From an uncultured Candidatus Saccharibacteria bacterium (GTDB taxonomy: Bacteria; Patescibacteriota; WWE3; CAZQFB01), in contig CAZQFB010000002.1 of NCBI GenBank assembly GCA_964592525.1, forward strand, positions 3,310-67,309: a stretch of DNA of 64,000 nt, written 5' to 3'. The notes under the pieces were generated by a model. The model was given only the letters and a program-made list of their open reading frames with translations, did not search any database and was not told the DNA's origin. The translations under genes and the position numbers were made by a program. Positions 18,899-28,713 of this stretch are shown piece by piece; the first letter of the stretch is position 1, and the number at the start of each line of letters is the position of its first letter.

Positions 18899-20209
18899 AT
18901 GACGCACAAGCTACCACCGCAAGATATTGAGGCAGAAAAGTCCATTTTAGGAGCTTTGTTAATTGATAGTAACGCTATTGTTAAAATCGCTGACTACTTG
19001 TTTTCCGAACACTTTTACAAAGAAGCCCATGGCTCTATCTATAAAGCGATGGTGAAATTGTATGAAGATCGTCAACCAACCGATTTAATTACGGTGCGTA
19101 GTAAATTGGAAGACATGGGGGTTTTAAAGCAAGTAGGTGGTGCTGGTTATTTAGCGGAGTTGGTTAATACTGTTCCCACTGCAGCGCATGTGGAAAATTA
19201 TGCCCAGATTGTTCGCGATTGCTTTGTGAAAAGGAGTTTGATTGAGGCTTCGGTTAGGATTTCGGAAATGAGTTTTGAAAAACGAGAGGTGAAATCAGAT
19301 GAGCTGCTTGATCAAGCTGAACAATTAGTTTTTTCAATCTCCCAAAAACATGGTCTTCAACAATTCCAACCGATTAGTCGGACTTTAGAGATTTCTTTTG
19401 ATCGGTTGGATGAGTTGGTCAAGAATCCTGGTGAATTGAGGGGGATTTCCACTGGTTTTAAATCGATAGACCGTTATTTAAGTGGTTTACAAGAAGGTAA
19501 CATGTTGATTTTGGCAGCCCGCCCGAGTGTTGGTAAAACTAGTTTGATGTTGAATATTGCTCAATACGCCGCGGTGGTAAAAAAAGTGCCCATTGGCATT
19601 TTTTCTCTGGAAACTAGTAGTGAGCAACTTGCCAACCGTTTACTATCAGCGCAGGCGGATGTGGATGGCTGGCGAATCACCACTGGTCAATTAGAAGGCG
19701 ATGATTTTAAAAGGATTGGGGAGGCGATGGGACAGTTAGCAGAATCGCCCATATATATTGATGACACTCCAGGACAAGGCGTGATGTCTATTCGTACTAA
19801 AGCCAGGCGTTTGCATATGGAGTATGGGGTTAAAGTATTTATGGTGGATTACTTACAACTGTCTCATGCCCGTAATCTAGAAAGCCGAGTTCAAGAAGTC
19901 TCGGAAATATCTATGGCTCTTAAGTCTTTAGCCAGAGAGTTGAATGTGCCGATATTAGTGTTGTCGCAGCTATCTCGAGCGATTGAACAACGAGGAGATC
20001 ACCGACCCCAGTTATCTGATTTACGCGATTCGGGGTCAATAGAGCAAGATGCTGATGTGGTGATGTTTTTGTACCGACCGGATTCAGAGGAACGGGAAAA
20101 TCTCAAACTACTAATTGCCAAACACCGCAATGGTCCAACAGGTGAGGTTGATTTGTACTTTAAGAGTGAACAGACGAGGTTTTTTGAGATGGATTCAGCT
20201 AGGGAGTAA
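18899..20209 (+). CDS. dnaB: Replicative DNA helicase DnaB
   Basis: 436 aa, N-terminal DnaB domain, Walker A ARPSVGKTS, RecA-like C-terminal domain. Confidence 0.92.
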   Translation: MTHKLPPQDIEAEKSILGALLIDSNAIVKIADYLFSEHFYKEAHGSIYKAMVKLYEDRQPTDLITVRSKLEDMGVLKQVGGAGYLAELVNTVPTAAHVENYAQIVRDCFVKRSLIEASVRISEMSFEKREVKSDELLDQAEQLVFSISQKHGLQQFQPISRTLEISFDRLDELVKNPGELRGISTGFKSIDRYLSGLQEGNMLILAARPSVGKTSLMLNIAQYAAVVKKVPIGIFSLETSSEQLANRLLSAQADVDGWRITTGQLEGDDFKRIGEAMGQLAESPIYIDDTPGQGVMSIRTKARRLHMEYGVKVFMVDYLQLSHARNLESRVQEVSEISMALKSLARELNVPILVLSQLSRAIEQRGDHRPQLSDLRDSGSIEQDADVVMFLYRPDSEERENLKLLIAKHRNGPTGEVDLYFKSEQTRFFEMDSARE

Positions 20210-20246
20210 GGCAGCTGGTATCAAGGTACCAGCTGCCAGGGATGAC

Positions 20247-20447
20247 TTAATAACCCATACCACTAAGTACTTGAATGGCTTGCTGCAGTGTCAGCTTATC
20301 TCCGTTTTGGTGGGTGAAGCGGACGTTGTCTCGACCATACTCTTTGACCAATTGTCGCGCGTGTTCTCCGCTTTCAACTTGGACGACGGAAGTTGTTCTG
20401 CCAGAGGTGACTCGGGCTGACACTCTCATCACATTCATCCAGCACAC
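20247..20447 (-). CDS. Hypothetical small protein
   Basis: 66-aa ORF between dnaB and tRNA-Leu; no recognisable motif. Confidence 0.2.
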   Translation of the reverse strand: MCWMNVMRVSARVTSGRTTSVVQVESGEHARQLVKEYGRDNVRFTHQNGDKLTLQQAIQVLSGMGY

Positions 20448-20540
20448 TCCTTGGGTGGTAAGAGTTAGACGAGGTGATCATAGTAGTTACTGCTGTGGCT
20501 GTCAATTTTAGGTTCTGTTTGGGGTGCTCAACTTGGTTGG

Positions 20541-20624
20541 GTGCCGAGAGAGGGAGTCGAACCCTCATGCTCTTAACGAGCACACGATTTTGAGTCGTGC
20601 GTGTCTGCCATTCCACCACCTCGG
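20541..20624 (-). tRNA. tRNA-Leu (anticodon CAA), long variable arm
   Basis: Cloverleaf readable on minus strand: acceptor GCCGAGG/TCTCGGC, anticodon stem CACGA/TCGTG with loop CUCAAAA, variable stem GCTC/GAGC, T-arm GAGGG-TTCGACT-CCCTC. Confidence 0.85.
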
Positions 20625-20907
20625 CTTAATAATTAAAGGTAGGCTTCTCTGGTTTGCATATTTAGTGCGGTCTTATTTTAACAGATCAGCTTGTTAAATA
20701 AAGCTTGTGGGCAAAAGGGAAAAAGAGAAAAATGGTTAGAGTGTAGCCTAACTAGTGAGCAAACTAACTGGGTAGGAATAACTTAGAAGACACCATCTGG
20801 TCTAGACTGGTCTAAAGCACCGAGAGTTTAACGAAAACAAGAAAGCCGGGGGATAGTGTAATTAATAGGTGGTCACCACAATACATATTTGCTAATATCC
20901 ACATGCA

Positions 20908-21471
20908 ATGGCGATAAATGTTACCGATTTAAGACAAGGGGCGGTATACCAAGAGAACGGTGTACCGCTGCAAGTTAAAAAATATACTCATACTAAAATG
21001 GGTAGAGGTATGGCGACCATTAAGGTCAAGGTTAAAAATCTCATCACTGGATCTTTGGTTGAAAAAACCTATTCTTCTGGTAGTAAGGTGGCTGAAGCGG
21101 AAGTAATTAGACAAAAATTACAGTACCTTTATTCTGATGCCCAGAAGTCTTTTTTTATGGATAACGCTAGTTATGAGCAATTTGAGCTGCCAAGAACTTA
21201 TATTGCTGAAGAAGTCTGGTACTTAACCCCGGGGACGGAAGTAAGCGTCATCATGTTTCAGGGAGAACCATTGGGGGTTGAATTACCGCTGAAAGTAGCG
21301 CTGCGTGTTACTTATGCCGAACCCAGTATTAAAGGTAATACTGCCAACACGGCACTGATGAAGGTACAATTAGAAACTGGTTTAGAAGTGATGACGCCAA
21401 TGTTTGTTAAAACTGGCGATTTGGTCAAAGTTGATACCAGAACCGGGGAATATGTGGAAAGGGTGGCTTAG
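20908..21471 (+). CDS. efp: Elongation factor P (Arg at the loop-tip modification position)
   Basis: 187 aa, three-domain EF-P pattern; loop HTKMGRGMA aligns to E. coli KPGKGQA with R in place of K34. Confidence 0.9.
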   Translation: MAINVTDLRQGAVYQENGVPLQVKKYTHTKMGRGMATIKVKVKNLITGSLVEKTYSSGSKVAEAEVIRQKLQYLYSDAQKSFFMDNASYEQFELPRTYIAEEVWYLTPGTEVSVIMFQGEPLGVELPLKVALRVTYAEPSIKGNTANTALMKVQLETGLEVMTPMFVKTGDLVKVDTRTGEYVERVA

Positions 21472-22580
21472 TGATTTATTCAGTGTTGGTGTTTCTAGTT
21501 TTGCTTATGGGTTTATTTCTGATTTGGCGAGAAGCAGGCAAGGCTAGTTTTTCACAAGAGAAAATATTTGATCTGGTTTTTGTTATTGGTCTGGGAGTAC
21601 TTATTATTTCTCATCTGCTCTATGTTTGGTGGGTAGGACCTTTCTCGGTAGTTAATCTGATTTATTTTTGGCACACGGGTCATTTGTTTTTTTCTGGTCT
21701 AATTGGGGGTTTAATTATTTGGTGGCTTTTAATTAGGAGAGTAGCCTGGACGTTTGCTGAAAGCGGTGACTCCTTAGTTCCGGGTATATTGTTTATTCAT
21801 GCGCTGGTGCCTTTGGTTGGGGTAATGGTTGATCAAGACCACGACACCTCAATAATGGAAGGCTTCTTTTGGTTGTTGACTTTTTACTTAGTGGTTAATC
21901 GGCAAAGGTACTTGCCCAGCTTTGTTCATATTAAGGGGCTCTTACTGCCTGGGTACTTAATCCTGGTTAGTTCTTTTTATTTAATCCTAAACAGACTAGA
22001 AGGATTTCTTATTAAGCAGGAAAAAGGACTGGCAGTTGCTGTTTTAGTTCTTGGCGTGGTAGGATTTGGGCAGCGCGTTGTTACAATCAGGTCAAGAAAA
22101 ACAACCGAATTAACATTAGACCTGACTTTTAAGAGAAGACAACGCCGGAGAGCACTTGTAATGAAATCATTACCAAAAATGCCAACTGTTCTACCCCGTC
22201 AATTTATTAAACGGATGCATCTAAAACTTATTAGGCGGGAGAAAAAGATACAAGAAGAACTAAAGTTATTAGAACGGGAAGACCCGGCACAGGATGTTGA
22301 TCGTGCTGACAATCGGGCCGAGATTGCTTCGGCAGCGAGTACGGAAGCTTTAATAAATATTATCGACTGGCAAAAAAAGTTCTTGCGTAAATCTTTGAAA
22401 AAAATCCATGGTGCTTTGAAGAGGATTAAAGAGGGAACCTATGGTTTATCAATTAAATCGGGTTTACCCATACCCCGTGAACGCTTGGAAGCTAACCCCG
22501 ACGCTGATTTGACGGTAGAAGAAGCAGCCCAAGCCGAAACAACAGAAACCAACATTCCTCCTCTGGAGAGAATCAGTTAA
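21471..22580 (+). CDS. Polytopic membrane domain fused to a cysteine-less DksA/TraR-like C-terminal domain
   Basis: Residues 1-190 hydrophobic with Lgt-like WHTGHLFFSGLIGG segment; C-terminus ALKRIKEGTYGLSIKSGLPIPRERLEANPDADLTVEE matches the DksA zinc-finger region with all four Cys replaced. Confidence 0.5.
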   Translation: MIYSVLVFLVLLMGLFLIWREAGKASFSQEKIFDLVFVIGLGVLIISHLLYVWWVGPFSVVNLIYFWHTGHLFFSGLIGGLIIWWLLIRRVAWTFAESGDSLVPGILFIHALVPLVGVMVDQDHDTSIMEGFFWLLTFYLVVNRQRYLPSFVHIKGLLLPGYLILVSSFYLILNRLEGFLIKQEKGLAVAVLVLGVVGFGQRVVTIRSRKTTELTLDLTFKRRQRRRALVMKSLPKMPTVLPRQFIKRMHLKLIRREKKIQEELKLLEREDPAQDVDRADNRAEIASAASTEALINIIDWQKKFLRKSLKKIHGALKRIKEGTYGLSIKSGLPIPRERLEANPDADLTVEEAAQAETTETNIPPLERIS

Positions 22581-22629
22581 CGCCAGTTTAGCTTTCAGCT
22601 GACGTACCGAGAGGGGGAACACTCCTATT

Positions 22630-23385
22630 ATGTCAATAACTAATAAAGCGACCAACACACTTTTGTCACTGGTGTATGAGGACGAAGAACTGCTGGTGAT
22701 TAATAAACCAGCTGGGTTGGTGGTTAATACTACCGATACCAATAAAGCTATTAGTCTGCAGAATATGCTGGAAGCGCGTTTGGGAATTAGCCAACCCCTG
22801 CTGGGTATTGGTGGTCGGGCTGGCATAGTCCACCGGTTGGATAAGGAGACTTCCGGTTTAGTGCTGGTGGCCAAAAACCAAGAAGTCTTTGCTTTTCTAC
22901 AACAACAATTTAAAGCAAGACAGGTAGTAAAAAAATACCTGGCTTTGGTGCATTCAGAACCACCCAGCCAAAAGGGTATAATTGATGCGCCTCTGGCTCG
23001 TAACCCCAAAGTGCGGCATAAGTTTGCGGTAGTGGTGGGAGGAAAAGAAGCCCAAACCTATTTTGAGGTGATGGCTTCTTTTCGGAGACCGCAAACGCAA
23101 GAGAAATTTACTTTGCTGTTAATTACCCCCCATACTGGTCGAACACACCAAATAAGAGTCCATTTAACCGCCATGAATACACCCATCGTTGGTGATTCTT
23201 TGTATGTGGGCAGAAAAAGATTGAAAACTGACCACGACTTTTGCCCCCGATTATTTTTACATGCTCAAGAGATAACGCTTAAGCTACCCAGTCAAACAAA
23301 GACCACCTTTCTCGCACCTCTGCCGACGGAGCTTCAGCTAGTACTGGACCGGTTAGATAAATTACCGGTAGTGATAACCCCATAA
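22630..23385 (+). CDS. RluA-family pseudouridine synthase
   Basis: Catalytic motif HRLDKETSGLVLVAKN; no S4 domain. Confidence 0.85.
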   Translation: MSITNKATNTLLSLVYEDEELLVINKPAGLVVNTTDTNKAISLQNMLEARLGISQPLLGIGGRAGIVHRLDKETSGLVLVAKNQEVFAFLQQQFKARQVVKKYLALVHSEPPSQKGIIDAPLARNPKVRHKFAVVVGGKEAQTYFEVMASFRRPQTQEKFTLLLITPHTGRTHQIRVHLTAMNTPIVGDSLYVGRKRLKTDHDFCPRLFLHAQEITLKLPSQTKTTFLAPLPTELQLVLDRLDKLPVVITP

Positions 23386-23714
23386 TGACGGTTAAAAGAA
23401 AACGGTTTATTAAAATTAATACCGGTTTTAAGTGTGAACAGTGCGGGTTTCAGGTAACTCCTCATCCGGCGGGTTCTTGCCGGAATCATTGTCCGGTTTG
23501 TTTATACTCTAAACATTTAGATGGCACTATTCCTGGTGATAGGCTTAACGTTTGTGGTGGGTTGATGGTACCAGTAGAGGTGGTGACCCAAGGGGATAAG
23601 GTTATTATTGTGCATCGTTGCAACAGTTGTGGTTGGAAAAGAAAAAACAAAAGCGCTCCGGATGATAATGAGGCGGTGTTAATTGAGTTGGTTAAACAGA
23701 GCTTAAGGGCTTAA
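23385..23714 (+). CDS. RNHCP domain protein (Cys-rich)
   Basis: Contains RNHCP signature and CxxC pairs; start overlaps the upstream stop. Confidence 0.55.
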   Translation: MTVKRKRFIKINTGFKCEQCGFQVTPHPAGSCRNHCPVCLYSKHLDGTIPGDRLNVCGGLMVPVEVVTQGDKVIIVHRCNSCGWKRKNKSAPDDNEAVLIELVKQSLRA

Positions 23715-24298
23715 ATTATTAAGATACTTGCTCTCAAAACGGTACTTACCAGTTGGGTTGGGGGGCTTAAGACTCTAATGTTAATATGGGTAGCTACTGG
23801 CTTGGCTGCAGGAAATAAACAGACTTCACTTACAAGGGGAGGGTGGTAAATGGCTATCTAGCTAGTGATCTGGATTCACTCATCAAGAAGCTAAGGCGGC
23901 TGGGTTTGTCGAGCAGGAGCAAGCTGATGCTGGAGTGCTAGTGGCAACCTCGCCAAATGAGGCGCGAAAATTGGTGGAAGTGACTGTTTTGGCGCAGATG
24001 GCTATGCTTAATGACGAACCGGGTCCGTACAGGCATACGAGCAGAGGTTTTTGGTATCGTTTGTTGTCACCAGAGGAACGGTTAGTAATTATGCCTATCC
24101 ACCCAGAAAAATAATACCGTGACTTGATGAGGGCACGAGACTTGCTACCGCTTGTCCTTAGAAGACACTATGTGGCGGCGTTAGCTTAAAGTCACCAAGC
24201 AGCTCACGTGGGCAGGCAGGTACTGCCTACCCACCAGATCCTCCCGAAAAATATTAACTGGTGGACAATCCAATAGTAATTCCGCTATTATTAAATTA

Positions 24299-25429
24299 AT
24301 GCCCAAACCAAAAACCTATAGGCGTAATAGTCGTGCTAAAAAGCGCGTTTCTTTAGCGACTCCCTACCGAAGTAGTAAAAAAAACCACATTCTTAAGCAA
24401 TTGCAGCGTCGGTTTCGTAATTTTGCCTTGGGTTTAATTGTCGTTATTGCCACCTTGTTTTTATTTGTTTTACTTTCGGTATGGCAGTTTTTACGAACTC
24501 CTTTAGTGGAAGCGAGTGAGGTTATTTTGCCAGAGGGCAGGTTTGATCAAGAAAATCGTTATACCGTCATGCTGTTGATGCTAGATGACTTATCAGCGCA
24601 AGTACCTAGAGTTGAATCCATAAACCTCTTGAGTATTAATCCCGTAAATGCTACCGCGGCGATGGTTAGTATTCCTAATGATCTAGACATGTCTGAACTA
24701 ACTGATTTGGGAGAGATTAAGCTGTCCTCGCTTTATGCTTTGGGTGGTATGACAAGAGAGCAGCAAAATGGCTCTATTCCTTTCATGGCAGAGACACTTA
24801 GTAAAGCCTTAGCAGTGCCAATAGATAAATACCTAATGACTGACCAGTCGGGGATGAAGGCTTTTAGCCAGGTGCTTGAGCAGAAATTAGACTGGGGATC
24901 TTTTGATGAGTTATTTTCTTTGTTTAATCTCTCTTCTGTTTGGTCGGTTGCTGGTGTTTTTCGTGAATACGTGAAGTCCGATTTTACTACGGCGCAAACA
25001 ATCACTTTGGTTAAATTCTTATTTAATGTTAGAGAAGATAAAATTCAGAAGATAGAATTATCGGCTGGCGATATTGATAATCATTTGACCTTGGCCAGTC
25101 TTTTTGGGGATCACTTGGTGGATACCCGTTTATACGAAGAGCGTTTATCAGTTCAGGTTCTGAATGGTACGGTGGTTAGTGGCGTAGCTGGGTTGGTTAG
25201 TCGTTATATTGAAAATATGGGTGGTCGGGTAGTGGGTATGGGCAATACCAGGGAACAGGATAGTGAAAATAGCTATATCTTAGCCAGAAATCCGGAAGCT
25301 TATTCCGTGCGCCGACTGTCTTGGTTGTTTAATATACCAGAAATACGAGAATACAGTGATACTTATGGCATTCGTGATCGGGCTGATATTACTATTGTGA
25401 TTGGTCTTGACTTGGCTCGTGAGTTGTGA
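24299..25429 (+). CDS. LytR-CpsA-Psr (LCP) family protein
   Basis: Basic N-terminus, TM helix, LCP-like core (LLMLDD ... SIPNDL), C-terminal LytR_C-like segment VQVLNGTVVSGVAGLV. Confidence 0.7.
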   Translation: MPKPKTYRRNSRAKKRVSLATPYRSSKKNHILKQLQRRFRNFALGLIVVIATLFLFVLLSVWQFLRTPLVEASEVILPEGRFDQENRYTVMLLMLDDLSAQVPRVESINLLSINPVNATAAMVSIPNDLDMSELTDLGEIKLSSLYALGGMTREQQNGSIPFMAETLSKALAVPIDKYLMTDQSGMKAFSQVLEQKLDWGSFDELFSLFNLSSVWSVAGVFREYVKSDFTTAQTITLVKFLFNVREDKIQKIELSAGDIDNHLTLASLFGDHLVDTRLYEERLSVQVLNGTVVSGVAGLVSRYIENMGGRVVGMGNTREQDSENSYILARNPEAYSVRRLSWLFNIPEIREYSDTYGIRDRADITIVIGLDLAREL

Positions 25430-25575
25430 TAAAAAGGAATCCGTCTCTCTCTCTCCTTTCAAGGGGCAGTTCAATGAACTAACCCTTGCGAAAACACCTC
25501 GCTTTTGGCGGGGAGTTTTCGTTATTAAGGTTTTTCCTTTAATGTTCGTGGTTTATCTTTGATACAATTCCTATT

Positions 25576-28032
25576 ATGGTAGAACAATTACCTCTTTTGG
25601 TCTTGTTTGTAATCTTACTTTCTTTTTACTTAGCAGTTCGTGCGGCAAGGATAAAAATGGAAGAGAAGAACCCTTCTACGTTTGAAGTAACCTTCTTCAA
25701 AATTCGTGTACCTAAAGGTAATACTAAACAGTCATTATCGGCGGAACAGATGTTTGCTTCACTTCACGGTTTGTTGCGGGAAAAAGATAGCATTCAAGAG
25801 CATATCAGCTTTGAAATTGAGTCTAGTGAAAACGGCATTAATTTTTATGTGGTGGCACCCAATGTGGTGAAAGAATTTGTGCTTGGTCAGATCTATGCTC
25901 AATACCCGGACGCCGAAATTAAAGAAGAAAAAGATTATGCGCAATTAGCTTCTGCGGAAGGAGTAGCTATTAGTGGAGCACGGATAACACAAGCTAAAGA
26001 CTATTATTTTCCTATTCGGACCTTCCGAGATTTTGATGTGGATCCTTTGGCAGCAATTACCGGATCTTTTGCGGAGATGAGTCGCGGGGGTCGGGTGTGG
26101 TGGCAGATTATCGCTAGACCTCTTCCAGATAAGTGGCAGGAGGCGGGTCATGAATATGTGGCTGTGCAGAGAGGCGAGAAGAAACCTGCCGTCAAGTTAA
26201 GCCTCAAAATCTTAATGGAAGAAGTGCGTAAAGAGATAGTGGTTATCTTCTCTTTCATCGTGAAAAATATTTTGTATGGACCACAAACGAAAGAAGAGGA
26301 AAAAAAGAAAGAAGAAAAAACCATAGAGGGGATGAAAAAAGACACACTCTCGTTAATAGAGCAAAAACTGACTAAATTAGGTTTTGAAGTGCATATGCGG
26401 GTGGTGGCTATTCATCCAGATGAACTAACAGCCAAAGATTATGTGAAAAGGGTTAATGCGGCTTTGCGTCAATATGCAGCAGCCAATGTGAATAGTTTTA
26501 AAGCAGAATTTGCCGAGGATACCACGAAGTTTTTAGAACATTACCGCCAACGCCAATTTCCAGCCACATCAAAATTGATATTAAATACCGAAGAATTAGC
26601 ATCCATCTACCATTTCCCAAATGAAACGGTGGAAACCCCAGCGATCTCGTGGGCTCCCGCTAGACATGCAGAACCACCCCTCAATTTACCTATTAGAGAA
26701 TGCACTTACTTTGGCAAAACAACTTACCGTGATAAGTTGATTACCTTTGGGATCAGAAGGGAAGATCGACGGCGTCACATGTACCTAATAGGGAAAACGG
26801 GTACGGGTAAAACGACGGTATTTAAAGCGATGATTAAACAGGATATGGATAACGGTGCGGGTTTTGCCGTGATTGATCCCCATGGACAATTGATTGATGA
26901 GTTGTTGGAGATGGTACCTGACCATCGTTTGGAGGATGTGGTTATTTTTGATCCGTCTGATACCACTAAACCGGTAGCCTTGAATTTGTTAGAAGCAAAC
27001 ACTGAAGATGTGGGACAGAAAAATTTGTTGGCTTCGGGGTTACTGATGGCTTTTAAAAAGAACTTTGAGTATTCATGGGGACCTAGACTAGAGTATTTGT
27101 TGAATAATGCCATTTTAACTCTGGTGGGGGTAGATAAAACGACACTGCTGGGTATCACGCGCTTGTTAAGTGATAAAAACTACCGCAAGTATATTACTTA
27201 TAAGGTGAAGGACCCAATATTAGCTGATTTTTGGGATAATGAGTACACTGAATTTCAACAGTCGCGTATTGCTACCGAAGCGGTAGCACCAATTCAAAAT
27301 AAAGTGGGTCGGTTTTTAGCTTCTTCAACGATTAGAAACATTTTAGGTCAAGCTCATTCCACGATTGATTTTGACGACATTATGAATAGTGGCAAAATGT
27401 TATTTATCACCTTATCTAAAGGCAGAATCGGTGAGGACAATGCTAATTTACTAGGTAGTTTATTGGTTTCACGTTTAAACTTTTCTGCAATGCGTCGGGT
27501 AGATATACCCGAAGAGCAGCGTCGGGATTTTAATCTTTATGTGGATGAGTTTCAAAACTTTGCTTCCGGTGATTTTGCTTCCATATTATCAGAAGCACGA
27601 AAATATAGATTGAACCTACATCTTACTCATCAGTATACCAAACAACTACCCGAGGAAATATTAGATGCTGTGGTCGGTAACGTGGGTACTTTAGTGGCTT
27701 TAACCCTAGGCGCTCCGGATGCATTAGCGCTGGAAAAAGAATTTGAACCTGTCTTCACGGCTAATGATCTTATCAACTTGGAAAAGTACCAGTTTTATAC
27801 TAAATTAATGATTGATCAGACCTCTTCTTTGCCTTTTTCAGGGATTACTATTCCTCCGCAAGAGTTTGAAGTGTTAACCGGAAACAGAGATAAAGCGGTG
27901 CAAAAGAGTCGAGAAAAGTATGGTCGTGAGAGAGAACAGGTGGAAGAAATTATTAAGCGCTGGCGAGTGCGCAACTTTGATTTGGGCATGGCCAAAGCGG
28001 AAGAAATAGTAGCTAATAGAGAAGGGAATTAG
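25576..28032 (+). CDS. Membrane-anchored P-loop NTPase, HerA/VirB4/TraC-like
   Basis: N-terminal TM, ~380-aa N-domain, Walker A LIGKTGTGKTT, IDPHGQL motif, Walker B LYVDEFQNF. Confidence 0.5.
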   Translation: MVEQLPLLVLFVILLSFYLAVRAARIKMEEKNPSTFEVTFFKIRVPKGNTKQSLSAEQMFASLHGLLREKDSIQEHISFEIESSENGINFYVVAPNVVKEFVLGQIYAQYPDAEIKEEKDYAQLASAEGVAISGARITQAKDYYFPIRTFRDFDVDPLAAITGSFAEMSRGGRVWWQIIARPLPDKWQEAGHEYVAVQRGEKKPAVKLSLKILMEEVRKEIVVIFSFIVKNILYGPQTKEEEKKKEEKTIEGMKKDTLSLIEQKLTKLGFEVHMRVVAIHPDELTAKDYVKRVNAALRQYAAANVNSFKAEFAEDTTKFLEHYRQRQFPATSKLILNTEELASIYHFPNETVETPAISWAPARHAEPPLNLPIRECTYFGKTTYRDKLITFGIRREDRRRHMYLIGKTGTGKTTVFKAMIKQDMDNGAGFAVIDPHGQLIDELLEMVPDHRLEDVVIFDPSDTTKPVALNLLEANTEDVGQKNLLASGLLMAFKKNFEYSWGPRLEYLLNNAILTLVGVDKTTLLGITRLLSDKNYRKYITYKVKDPILADFWDNEYTEFQQSRIATEAVAPIQNKVGRFLASSTIRNILGQAHSTIDFDDIMNSGKMLFITLSKGRIGEDNANLLGSLLVSRLNFSAMRRVDIPEEQRRDFNLYVDEFQNFASGDFASILSEARKYRLNLHLTHQYTKQLPEEILDAVVGNVGTLVALTLGAPDALALEKEFEPVFTANDLINLEKYQFYTKLMIDQTSSLPFSGITIPPQEFEVLTGNRDKAVQKSREKYGREREQVEEIIKRWRVRNFDLGMAKAEEIVANREGN

Positions 28033-28679
28033 TGATGAAGGATACGCAAGTTAATGAGATTTTATCTTTAATAGAAGAAGCGGAGAAAGCTTTAAAAAAA
28101 TCAAAAATGCTGATGACTTCGGATAGTCAAAAAATAAGTGGTGCTACAACTAAAGAGGCACCAAGCCAAGAAGCCAGCACGGAAGGTGTGTTTATGGGTG
28201 ATTATGTTTTGCTATCTACGGGGAATAAATTGAAAATTGCCGAGTCTTATGCAGCGCGTACTAATTTGGTGGTAGGGGACATTTTGGTATTGGAATCTCG
28301 TGAAGGAGAGCAGGGGAGGTTTAATTTAAAAGAGCGGGTTCAGAGAACATCAGCCAAAGCGACTTATACGTCTAAAGGAGGTCAACCTATTGCTAAAATA
28401 GGAGCGAAGGAGTATAAAGTACCCCAAATCTCGGTAGAGCATTTTAATTTAAAGGAAGGGGACGCTATTACCATATTATTACCAGTTGCCGGTCAAACTA
28501 ATTACGCCCCAATTGAAAGTAAAATAAACGTTTCAGTTAAAGAAGCTGTCTCTCCTCCCAAAGAACCCAGCAGCGCACCCGCAGGAGAGAAAAGAGGTGC
28601 GGAAAAAATGGTTGACGAACCCCAAGTAGTCAATTCAGATGATCCGGGGAGAGTTTTAGAATATTATGATTTAAGGTAA
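28032..28679 (+). CDS. Hypothetical protein translationally coupled to the NTPase
   Basis: Start overlaps the NTPase stop; 215 aa, no recognisable motif. Confidence 0.45.
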   Translation: MMKDTQVNEILSLIEEAEKALKKSKMLMTSDSQKISGATTKEAPSQEASTEGVFMGDYVLLSTGNKLKIAESYAARTNLVVGDILVLESREGEQGRFNLKERVQRTSAKATYTSKGGQPIAKIGAKEYKVPQISVEHFNLKEGDAITILLPVAGQTNYAPIESKINVSVKEAVSPPKEPSSAPAGEKRGAEKMVDEPQVVNSDDPGRVLEYYDLR

Positions 28680-28713
28680 CCAGGCTTTAAAGTAATAAAG
28701 GTTAGGAACGGTT

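Noticed and set aside
23715-24298. RNase P RNA or tmRNA in the ORF-free gap
   Set aside because: Hallmark motifs (GGAAAGUCCGG P4 strand; tRNA-like GGUUCGA...CCA end) were not seen on either strand by eye; a proper covariance-model scan is still needed.
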